Shown in pieces: positions 30,101 through 36,942 of a DNA stretch of 64,000 nt. Below the pieces are notes generated by a model. It was given only the letters and a program-made list of their open reading frames with translations. It was not told the DNA's origin and made no database searches. Position 1 is the stretch's first letter. Each line of letters begins with the position of its first letter. The DNA is taken from IMG/VR virus record IMGVR_UViG_2595698394_000001, positions 17,866 through 81,865 of that record. One strand, given 5' to 3'. The position numbers were made by a program, and so were the translations under genes. The DNA comes from a virus. Its lineage: Duplodnaviria; Heunggongvirae; Uroviricota; Caudoviricetes.

Positions 30101-31021
30101 CTGGATTACTACTACTTTGTAGTACTTGAAAGTAGTATCTAACGACTCTACCTTTACTTTTATAGAAAAATTTGTTACTTTATTTAAATCTTGCTGTTCT
30201 AGAATATTATCGTTTTCATTGAAAATATATATAGGGCTAGTAATAGCAAAGTACTCAGATAGTTCGTTTCCTAGATTATCTGAATATGCCATTAAAAACT
30301 CATATGTTCCCAATGGTAGTGACCCTCCTAAAAGAATTTCTTCTGGAATTAAGTCGGCTTCACTGTAAAGTCTAAATACTCTAAGCTTATCACAGTCTAA
30401 ACATACTGGAGTAGTATTATCCTCACCACAGGAAATATCTCCTGTATAAGAGTAAATATCTAAATTATCTAATTGAATGTATCTGTATACATTGTATGCA
30501 TCTGTAAAATACAAACTGTTTCCACATTTTTCATTTTTAATTTGAATATTGTGGCTCTTTATAGGCTTATCAATATTTAAGTTTAAACATTTATTACAAC
30601 TATCTTCTAGTAAAGTTTCATATAGTTGAATTGCAACTTGAGTCTGTTCTTCTAAAGGCTCTGATAACTTAATTCTTTTATCACAAGAAGAGCACTCTAC
30701 TTCTTCTTCATCTCCTAAAAAAGGTAGGGTCTGGTTATCTTTAATGCGGCCGAACTCTGAAATTCCAGTAGTAGGGTTAGTAAGAAAAAAATAAGTAGCA
30801 TTAGTAGTGATATCATTTTTAAACCCTACTACTTTATACCCTGATTTAAACTCAGTGGCCAGTAAATTGGAAGCTTCTAATTTTAATACACTCTCTTCTC
30901 CTACATCATTTTGAAAGTTTACATTTAAGGCGAAAGAGTATTCTTGAGGTTTCATAGCAGATATATTTGCCCCTCTATTCATTCCTACTACAGGTGAGTT
31001 TACTTCTTGTTTTTGAGCCAT
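24152..31021 (-). CDS. Tail stabilization / muzzle protein (crAss-like), 2289 aa, with inserted domains
   Basis: Follows the tail tubular gene; N-terminal GMN.......EYSFALN motif; TP.RHFKFPD, FGGDVFISR, FTKKDY and SWTLAYDP...WISYYSF motifs resemble crAss-like muzzle proteins. Confidence 0.75.
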   Translation of the reverse strand: MAQKQEVNSPVVGMNRGANISAMKPQEYSFALNVNFQNDVGEESVLKLEASNLLATEFKSGYKVVGFKNDITTNATYFFLTNPTTGISEFGRIKDNQTLPFLGDEEEVECSSCDKRIKLSEPLEEQTQVAIQLYETLLEDSCNKCLNLNIDKPIKSHNIQIKNEKCGNSLYFTDAYNVYRYIQLDNLDIYSYTGDISCGEDNTTPVCLDCDKLRVFRLYSEADLIPEEILLGGSLPLGTYEFLMAYSDNLGNELSEYFAITSPIYIFNENDNILEQQDLNKVTNFSIKVKVESLDTTFKYYKVVVIQNTSLDGAIKYVEEGIHSTTDNSILYTTDKGKTETSINSIFRVRPNILTLKGITQANNYLIGYGTEVEKEWNLQPIVNLLGSFLKWQTHITTEEYYKKGVVEKGYMRDEVVPFSIRFHTNTGYKTALKPLVSRPAETEDLLQVNNLDSQSINNGGTICNSELRDKKWQFYNTAKEEGYCSLSEEVEVNIITEETERNCTVSNAVSVSSGRFTITDIEDFVSIEDTINEILETGNCQSVVFSFCSQLNLDSTPNCTPNFENCTSPSLINQYFKIGSINNPVETLNYKNFPEEYRKLSPNSYCEPYATDNEGNNVTDTEFKEQYVPAILVGPITLASKNVYSKNFIFTNDKPNYAESLVFLGESSQQLATNYYNEHFGGTTDISSIQLEDFNVSCSSSIFSVKVHESSLWFEVDIKDKEDFILEVTKLVKTSKTDMWNDSTESRISVFDNPYSGTSLYCDIFNNSEGHQVLVEKTSSGLKFKQSTAEAGTSSTTVSTKLYIAVEAPYSTNTKGAQYTIKPANGCYGVGVRDIELKSLTVDYSGISFDKVQTYVADCDFNVPVVDDCSLIPSKFGSFAYWESTEEYPDNPELYDSSNLVITEEDIPSSIREDFESKFTSYSSNGTYKLKGSTNLTCTPIRHFKFPDNAVSPFIYNSNQVGFSSAIIYPLGVTIDETVINAFLDLAVKNNLVTQEQRDSIVSYEIFRGDRSIDKSIIAKGLMYDMYEYEEKNKTILYSNYPYNDLGEDILNYKDSNRNSLIPHPYGGSKNHNFTLHTPETDYQRPTLPTELKVESYMFGKSRGATDEVEDHPKWVILGSEATKLASKLATAETLSEAALNVASAYSGNNLFFGGLATGGTFAGIIFASIAAGFQVFDSILFKYGRYKYEWLKTFRNLGTPQNFANYYSSVGDYNYIKNIQTEGNLLRSINVGKYLKDGKKILIDNVNAEEIQINNIKREDSVFLSFGKDYPLNYSSEYQNYDNNKDNQSQASRFYSSETNNCQTGRSEEAIRNIASPYVALKNYLPAQYGPIDSVKWLSTSYKGDLLRPKNTCLPIFGGDVFISRHSLKRKMPLFLRDAFDLESLIPFNYKFYGNIGEEPRYFCNYEVPNKTNIDKGFPSIESEYNFDCLTGSRDFYIEPPTKFYLYYYGVVNFLTETTINTNFRYGKKEPENNFYPNVGDYMDWTQEKKVSIRARNTFFYNFNYSKNITTSLYRTLPATYSKKEYDCRYDEPNGGIYSLQDNSENDLSDPWLTFRPLDKFSFSSSNGELTEIRGIENDQILVRFTDTMEVHNAVDTTVDDGSRPEVDILGNGGLFSRRTRDFSKTDLGKYGSQHSEMSSNEFGHFFTDCKRGSIIQVMPSSQGVKEISKFGSQNRPNGMFNWFKEHLPFKILKSKVVNYEEINTDNAYNGIGLTVGYDDRYKRVFFTKKDYNPLKDMTYDGGSFYKLEGYEDIISQYITDGFTYEGIEGGQLKFTKETSGITESTDIYATFDTTSMQPTDGISASIALNAWFDAFKLSKPNYTGKLYIIPYGAENYVSFPTAIKNGNIFATSSTAWNEIAILPDNLNTPQWEAPKDVLLLAFIDESNSSYHNTRVSNGFAAPQQPTATFLTDYSNFKEDYTNHYEYFKAALYPIVQSTTGAGGALVLQALAALKGKLLSQQEINNTNTVVDVSLLLSENPYIGYPLPNTTPQEYLEPLENFGWTGFYDKVTPASEVFTGTQFKADLDNLVNDSESASTIEVRYEPLVKVELEDKEYFEDASWTLAYDPLKQSWISYYSFTPNYYIAHNNYFQTGVKDKGLWSHNLTNKSFRVFYGDKHDSSVVFATKTDLKETKLNSVSFKSDTKRYHDEYDFAYRNDVTWDKATIWSTKENSGNLNLVPQKTLSQIPKYPIKRSSIEQDILITNSEDLWSFDYFWNRVKSNSNNQPIWKKDINDIGKEINPKAVSMNGKKVLETLSGTAFNVMLTYSGDTRYEVDLQWVINNESN

Positions 31022-31893
31022 TATCTGTTTATTAACATGTTATCGTATCTAACCATATCTCTATGTTTAGCTTTTTTCATAGCTTGTTTCCATCCTGCCA
31101 TTCCGTGCCACTGGGAATCACTTAAAGCTAGTTTAAAGGCGTCATCTGTTTTTCCTTCAAAATAAGCTAGCATTTTTATTTTATTTGGGTCATCATCCCC
31201 TATAATAAGATCTTCTAGTATTCTTTGTCTACAATAGTATATTAAATACTCTGCTATTCTACCTGATTGGCATTCAGGTATCATTAGGTCCTTTCCATCC
31301 TCTGTAAGAGCTAACCCACTGTATTGAATATATATGTACCCTTCTGTAAAATTAGTGTTTATATAGTCTCCTGTAATGTTTATTTGGTCTTCAGAGCTGT
31401 TAGTAAACTGATGAGAAAGATTATGATTTTTAGAAGCTACCTTTTCTTTATTAAACCCTTTTTTAAGCCTAAGCAGAGAAGACTTCCCATAAGAAGTTCT
31501 AATTGAATAGTTAGGCATATAAATATCCTCAGTTACACATTTGTAGTTACAATTCTTAAAAGAGTTTGATTGATTATCCCAAACTACATCCACTTCTCTT
31601 CTTTCTTTATAAAAAAGTCTGGACTGCAAAAAGTCTTCTTGTTTCCCTACACCCTCTATTTTAGTTACCTCTACTTTTAAGGCTAAGTCTAACTTCCAAA
31701 AAGACTCTGGCAGTTTTGCTTTACCATTCTCGACCTTAATAGTTAGTTCGTTTCCTACCATTATATTAGAACCAAACCTTTTTAATTCCATTCTAATCCA
31801 TCTGTTTAAAGATACATGGTCTATAAGCCCTGCTTGCTCATACTGTTGGAATCCTCCTGCCGTTATCTCTTTTATAAGTTGTGCTCTATTCAA
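31021..31893 (-). CDS. Tail tubular / ring protein (P22 gp4-like position), TTG start
   Basis: ITGDYINTNFTEGYIYIQY.GL.L...G..LMIP motif; TAATG-coupled to the muzzle gene. Confidence 0.65.
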   Translation of the reverse strand: MNRAQLIKEITAGGFQQYEQAGLIDHVSLNRWIRMELKRFGSNIMVGNELTIKVENGKAKLPESFWKLDLALKVEVTKIEGVGKQEDFLQSRLFYKERREVDVVWDNQSNSFKNCNYKCVTEDIYMPNYSIRTSYGKSSLLRLKKGFNKEKVASKNHNLSHQFTNSSEDQINITGDYINTNFTEGYIYIQYSGLALTEDGKDLMIPECQSGRIAEYLIYYCRQRILEDLIIGDDDPNKIKMLAYFEGKTDDAFKLALSDSQWHGMAGWKQAMKKAKHRDMVRYDNMLINR

Positions 31894-31895
31894 AA

Positions 31896-32387
31896 TTATC
31901 TATTTTTATATTTTCTATACCTATTCATAAATGTCCCATTTACCTCTTTAAAGTAATTGGAATATTTGAATCCTGACTTTAATTTTCTTTGAATACCTTT
32001 CCTTACTTTTTTAGAAAAAGCTCTATCCATGTTAAAAACATTAAAAACTTTATCATGCTTAGTAGTAATTAATACGGGAAAGTAAATCTTACTTTTAGTG
32101 TGAGGATTAATATGTCTGCCTTTTACTCCTTTTTTATAAGGGAGCTGTTTTTCTGGTACCATAGAAACACAAAAATACCCTAAACCATTTACTAACACTC
32201 CTGCCTCTTTCTCTATTAAGTTCTCAGAGACTTTATTCCAAAAACAAGCAGTTATTTTTCTATGGTTAGATTTTCTTTTAGTGTTGACTACTTTCCTTAG
32301 CTTAGCTTCCTTCCTATAGTAATCGAAAGAATCTTTAGGGTCTATATTTTCTGAAGGTAATTTATGGAGTTGTTTTACTTTTTTCAT
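31896..32387 (-). CDS. HU/IHF-like basic DNA-binding protein
   Basis: Very basic; VSENLIE..GVLVNGLGYF.V...RHINPHT resembles the HU GFG.F...R..RNP.T arm; the position matches the IHF-like gene of crAss-like tail modules. Confidence 0.55.
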   Translation of the reverse strand: MKKVKQLHKLPSENIDPKDSFDYYRKEAKLRKVVNTKRKSNHRKITACFWNKVSENLIEKEAGVLVNGLGYFCVSMVPEKQLPYKKGVKGRHINPHTKSKIYFPVLITTKHDKVFNVFNMDRAFSKKVRKGIQRKLKSGFKYSNYFKEVNGTFMNRYRKYKNR

Positions 32388-33048
32388 TAGAGTTCATATT
32401 TGGATTTTCATCTTCTGGTAACTGTCTTCCTGTAAGAAGCTCTTTCAATGTTTCTTGAATTGCTATTAAAGTTAGTTTGTCAGAAGTTGGAACCTCATAC
32501 TCCCAATAAGATTTGCATGTATCTTCAGCACAACTAGATACACCAGATAAAAGATAAGTTTCTAGGGTTATTACCTCTAAATTTATAAGCTGAGTTGTGG
32601 ACTCAGGAAGTGTAGGATGCCCATTTTTTATATAGTAATTTTTAGTTTCTACTTGTTCTTCTCTTAATTTACTATTTCTATATTTAGCTGGAGTAGTGGG
32701 GTAGTACTCTATACTATAATCTATGTTGGTCACATTTCTAACTCCTGGACCAAACCTACTATTTATTATTTTTGGAAGTTTTTTCTTACTTCTCATTACT
32801 TTATTGCAAGATCTAAACTCTATAATGTCACAAGAGTAAGTATCTACTTTCTCCATTTCTAAGCATTCTATTAAAGTATATACCCCTTCTTCTCTATACA
32901 GAGACCTATCGTTTAATTTTTGAGCAATTAAAAACTCTAAATGTGATTGGAATACACTTAATATTTGCCTTTTAGGTATTCTATCATCTTTATTTACAGA
33001 CTTTAAGCTTCTAGCTATTCTGTCTACTACTTTTTTATATGTATTCAT
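32362..33048 (-). CDS. Putative tail ring/adaptor protein
   Basis: Position upstream of the HU-like and tail-tube genes; helical N- and C-termini flanking a beta core. Confidence 0.5.
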   Translation of the reverse strand: MNTYKKVVDRIARSLKSVNKDDRIPKRQILSVFQSHLEFLIAQKLNDRSLYREEGVYTLIECLEMEKVDTYSCDIIEFRSCNKVMRSKKKLPKIINSRFGPGVRNVTNIDYSIEYYPTTPAKYRNSKLREEQVETKNYYIKNGHPTLPESTTQLINLEVITLETYLLSGVSSCAEDTCKSYWEYEVPTSDKLTLIAIQETLKELLTGRQLPEDENPNMNSNEKSKTTP

Positions 33049-33052
33049 ATTT

Positions 33053-33061
33053 GCAAATCTA
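33053..33061 (-). promoter_or_regulatory. Bacteroidota -7 element TAGATTTGC
   Basis: Exact TAnnTTTG match 4 nt upstream of the ATG at 33048, downstream of a terminator. Confidence 0.55.
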
Positions 33062-33090
33062 AGGTATTATAATAATATAAAAAACTTTCT

Positions 33091-33127
33091 AAAAAAAAGT
33101 TAAGGGCAGCAATCTCTTGCTACCCTT
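33091..33127 (-). terminator. Intrinsic terminator after the tail-fibre/spike cluster
   Basis: Minus strand AAGGGTAGCAA-GAGA-TTGCTGCCCTT stem (one G-U pair) followed by AAC and T8. Confidence 0.75.
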
Positions 33128-33161
33128 TAAATTAACTATAGTAAAAACCAAAAAACTATAA

Positions 33162-34571
33162 TTAAAAACTTGAAACTATTATTCTTATCTGAATATCTTG
33201 TATTCCCCCTGCATCGTCAATTTGCCTTAAAAGCACTTCCATGCTTCCAGAACTTAAATTTTTGTACATTGCAAAAGTATCATTATCCACATTCCAAGAC
33301 CCTTTTGATATTAAAGCTATTGTTGGTATATAACTACTTCCAAAAGATCCTGATACCCTTATTCTGGCATCATTAGTTTGGCTTTCAATAACTACAGCTG
33401 AAGTTATATTAAGGCTATTACTTATTGTTAAGTTCCTACTAGACCCTGTAGAGAAAAAGTCCCCAAAGTCTATGTCTGCTTTAGCTATAATAGATTGAGG
33501 TAAACTGTTTATTCGTTGTTCTAAACCAGCTGGTGTTACTCCAACACTGTTAGAAGTTCCTGCTGATATTTCAGTAGAAGTAGCAAGCCTTACTATACCT
33601 TGCTGAGTTGTACTTGCCTTTGGCAATCTTCCAGGAGTAAGAGTCTTATTAGTTGATAATAATGCATTAGATTCAGCTTGTGTAGCATTAGCTTGTAAAC
33701 CTGTTCTAGTTTCTGTGGCAGTCCTTGCAGACAATCCTAGAGGTGTTATACTAGTAGCGTTATTAGTGCCTTCTATAACTTGAGTGGTCGTTGAAAAGGC
33801 ATTTATACCTTCCACTGTTGTTGTACTTGACGTGGGCCTGTAAGATGTTGTAACTCCATTTTCATTTGTATAAGTTAGCGTTTGATTACCTATACTTTGC
33901 ATAGAAGTTACTGTTTCATTTATTGCCACGCTGTTACCAGACTCATTTATATAAGTAGCTATTCTCTTACCTTGGACAGTGTTTGTAACAGTAGTTAAGG
34001 TATCTTCTCCTATACTAAAAGTTGAAGGTACTCCACTTTCATTTACATATGTTAAGGTGCCATCTGTATTATAAGTTAAAGATGTAACTGTTTCATTTAT
34101 ATCTGTTTGAGTGTTATCTTCGCTTCTATACGTTGCTATTCTATGTCCAGCTATTACATTAACAAAAGAGGTGTTTGTATCAGTCGGGTTGTTTTCTGTT
34201 AAAAAAGCAAGTAACCAATCTTCATTTATATTTAAACCTATCTCTTCAGAGTATTCTACTACCGAAACACTGTTAGAAGTTAGGATAGTTCTAAACTCTG
34301 CCTGATTTCTGCTGTTATTCCTTTTATAAACTTTAGCTCCTTCTCCTATATTTAAATACAGGGACCCGTTTAATATTTCAAATATACTCTTAAATAGTTC
34401 TTCCACTTTTAATAGGACAGACTCTAAATTTTCTCCTTCGTATGTATTTATTATCTTCAGTTTAACTCCATCATAGTAAGAGCATATTGTGGATAGTTTT
34501 ATACTACAATCACAATACTCTTCACATCCACAAGTTAAATTATCTATTTCTTCACATTCTTTGCAACTCAT
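33162..34571 (-). CDS. Tail fibre protein with Cys-rich N-terminus
   Basis: ASTTQQGIVRLAT tail-fibre repeat motif; two internal GHRIATY/GKRIATY...INETVTS repeats. Confidence 0.7.
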   Translation of the reverse strand: MSCKECEEIDNLTCGCEEYCDCSIKLSTICSYYDGVKLKIINTYEGENLESVLLKVEELFKSIFEILNGSLYLNIGEGAKVYKRNNSRNQAEFRTILTSNSVSVVEYSEEIGLNINEDWLLAFLTENNPTDTNTSFVNVIAGHRIATYRSEDNTQTDINETVTSLTYNTDGTLTYVNESGVPSTFSIGEDTLTTVTNTVQGKRIATYINESGNSVAINETVTSMQSIGNQTLTYTNENGVTTSYRPTSSTTTVEGINAFSTTTQVIEGTNNATSITPLGLSARTATETRTGLQANATQAESNALLSTNKTLTPGRLPKASTTQQGIVRLATSTEISAGTSNSVGVTPAGLEQRINSLPQSIIAKADIDFGDFFSTGSSRNLTISNSLNITSAVVIESQTNDARIRVSGSFGSSYIPTIALISKGSWNVDNDTFAMYKNLSSGSMEVLLRQIDDAGGIQDIQIRIIVSSF

Positions 34572-34598
34572 TTTGTAAAATTTTAATTTGGTTTTATA

Positions 34599-36920
34599 TT
34601 AATCTACTATTATTGTTCCATATAAAGTTAAAGCACCACTTGCCGATCCTCTTAATGCTGAATAGTTAACAGGTAGTATTTCTCCTGCATTCGATAAATC
34701 AGGTTGGAAAAATAAAAATGTTGATCCCGATAAAGCTCCTGTAACTGTTCCTGCTACATCAAGAAATTTTGTGTGATGAATTGGAACAGGGTTTACTGCA
34801 CTATAACCTCCTATTGTTTTTGATGCAAAAGGAAAGCCTGTAATTTGTAACGCAGAACCAGTTGGAGTTCCTGATTTACTATTGATAACTACAGTGCATT
34901 TAAACGTAACAGTCTTACCTACTTTAGTCCAGATACCTCCTGTAACTGATGTATTGTAAGTATAGCTAGCAGAACCTGTTGTTGTAACAACTGGTGTCCA
35001 TGTACCTGACGTATTTTCTACTATATCACTAGTCATTGCTACAGTTCCTGACTTATTAGGCATTGTGTATGTTCTTGCTGAAGTAATAAGGCTATTATCA
35101 AAAATCATTGCAGCTGTATGCCCTAACCAAACCATTTCTCCATTTTGATCTCCTGCTCTTAATACTCCACTAGAGCTACTTCCGTTGTCTGTATTTGTTG
35201 GTAAAGGTGTATTTGTTACTTGGTGATACCTAGATGATAGTACGTTTGCAAATACATTACCAGTCCAATAAGCCGTACCAGTAAAGTTGTTAGTTCCTGC
35301 TAAATTAGGTTTAAGTGCAAGACCATCAAAAACAGCATTACCACTTACAGCGCTACTTGAACCATCTATAATTGTTTGGTCTACTGTACCACTACCTCCT
35401 GAGCCAATAAGGGCATATGTAGAATCAGCTTCTCCTTTAGTTAACACGTCTGTACTTATCGTAGCTGAGCCATCATTTTGAAAAGTATATTTATTTACTA
35501 GGTTCTCATCTCTTACGATAAGACCATTTTGAATATCTAGGTATGTTTCAGTTGATATCCCTTGAAGGCTAAAAGCCCCTTGACTTACAAAGGCTCCTCC
35601 ACTTTGCACAAATACTCCAGAATTGAAACTTGCACTGTCCGTAAATATTGTTTGGCCTGTTATAGTTTTTGATCCTGTACTGTTAACTTTAGCAGCTAAT
35701 GCATCAAATACTCCGTTACTTCTTACGGCCTTAATGCTGCCATCTGTAGGGACATCATCAAAATCAACAGTACCTCCAGAACCGATAGCAGCATATCTAG
35801 CATCAGCAAGTCCTAAAGTTACAAGAGATGTTTCTCCTTTATCTATAATCTGTTGGTTTGTTACAGTAGAGGCCAAACTAACAGAATCTAAAAACAATGA
35901 AGTTATTTCTGAGTTGTCGTCCTCTCCTGCTGTTAAAGAAAAAGAGTTACCTGCTATTATTAATCCAGTAAAGCTACCTGTTTCTTGGAACTTAAATCCA
36001 AAAGAGGATCTGATATCAACTAAGGTATTACCTACGTCTGTAAATCCTATATTTAATTTATCTTCCAAGGCGTTAAATACTGGCCCTCCTGCTACTGAAT
36101 TAGTACTTCCGTCTATAATAGTTTGATCTGCTGGTACACTTGAAGAGGAGTTCCAGTTTGTTATGTCTTGACTTGTGATACTTGATGCAGGAGAAGCTTC
36201 AAAAACAGGGTCTGTCTCTGTGTAGCTTGTAAGGTACCCAGAGTCATTCACAAATAATGAAACATTACTTCCTGAGATTACAAAAGGATTAAGGCCGTCT
36301 TCTCCATCATTAGTTAAATCACTTGTACTTTTAGGGAGAGTCACAAGAGTCTCGTTTCCAATTTCATCAGTATAAACTATATCTCCTGCTACTTCTTCTA
36401 AAGTAGTTAGTGTTTCAGAAAAAACTGCTGATAAATTTATAGTTTTTGCTAAGCCATCTTCCCCCACATAAGTTAAGACCTTAGTTATTTCGTCAAAATT
36501 TAAAGTGGTTAAAGTCTCAGAAAAATCTATTATTGTAGATTTAGTTGTCCCGTCAGTATAAGTAGAACTTAAAGTGTTAGTACTAATATCATAAGACAAT
36601 CTAGTTTCTAAGTTAGTCTTACTTATTGTAATAGCATTCTCAGTACTTGAAATCTGTATTCCTGGCCCTTGTTTTATAGTTTTTATTTGGTGCTCATCTT
36701 GCTCATTTTTCCCTCCATATAAAGCTAATCCTGACCCTATTGATTTTATAGTCAAACTATTATTTATATTATTTTTTAATGAACATATAACATCATTTAT
36801 TTTTTCAAAAGTAGTTTGTAAGTTGTTCCCTTCTTCTATTGAAATGCATGTTAAAGGCTGTCCACTGTACTTGATATTAAGTACAGTTAAATCTTCTTTA
36901 CATCCTGTTTTTTTACACAT
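34599..36920 (-). CDS. Tail fibre protein
   Basis: Cys-containing N-terminus; three D.(T/P).DGS...V....VF.(A/G)L..K repeats; C-terminal GTWTP...WTKVGKTVT fibre-tip motif. Confidence 0.7.
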   Translation of the reverse strand: MCKKTGCKEDLTVLNIKYSGQPLTCISIEEGNNLQTTFEKINDVICSLKNNINNSLTIKSIGSGLALYGGKNEQDEHQIKTIKQGPGIQISSTENAITISKTNLETRLSYDISTNTLSSTYTDGTTKSTIIDFSETLTTLNFDEITKVLTYVGEDGLAKTINLSAVFSETLTTLEEVAGDIVYTDEIGNETLVTLPKSTSDLTNDGEDGLNPFVISGSNVSLFVNDSGYLTSYTETDPVFEASPASSITSQDITNWNSSSSVPADQTIIDGSTNSVAGGPVFNALEDKLNIGFTDVGNTLVDIRSSFGFKFQETGSFTGLIIAGNSFSLTAGEDDNSEITSLFLDSVSLASTVTNQQIIDKGETSLVTLGLADARYAAIGSGGTVDFDDVPTDGSIKAVRSNGVFDALAAKVNSTGSKTITGQTIFTDSASFNSGVFVQSGGAFVSQGAFSLQGISTETYLDIQNGLIVRDENLVNKYTFQNDGSATISTDVLTKGEADSTYALIGSGGSGTVDQTIIDGSSSAVSGNAVFDGLALKPNLAGTNNFTGTAYWTGNVFANVLSSRYHQVTNTPLPTNTDNGSSSSGVLRAGDQNGEMVWLGHTAAMIFDNSLITSARTYTMPNKSGTVAMTSDIVENTSGTWTPVVTTTGSASYTYNTSVTGGIWTKVGKTVTFKCTVVINSKSGTPTGSALQITGFPFASKTIGGYSAVNPVPIHHTKFLDVAGTVTGALSGSTFLFFQPDLSNAGEILPVNYSALRGSASGALTLYGTIIVD

Positions 36921-36942
36921 TGGTTTTATTTTTATTTATTAA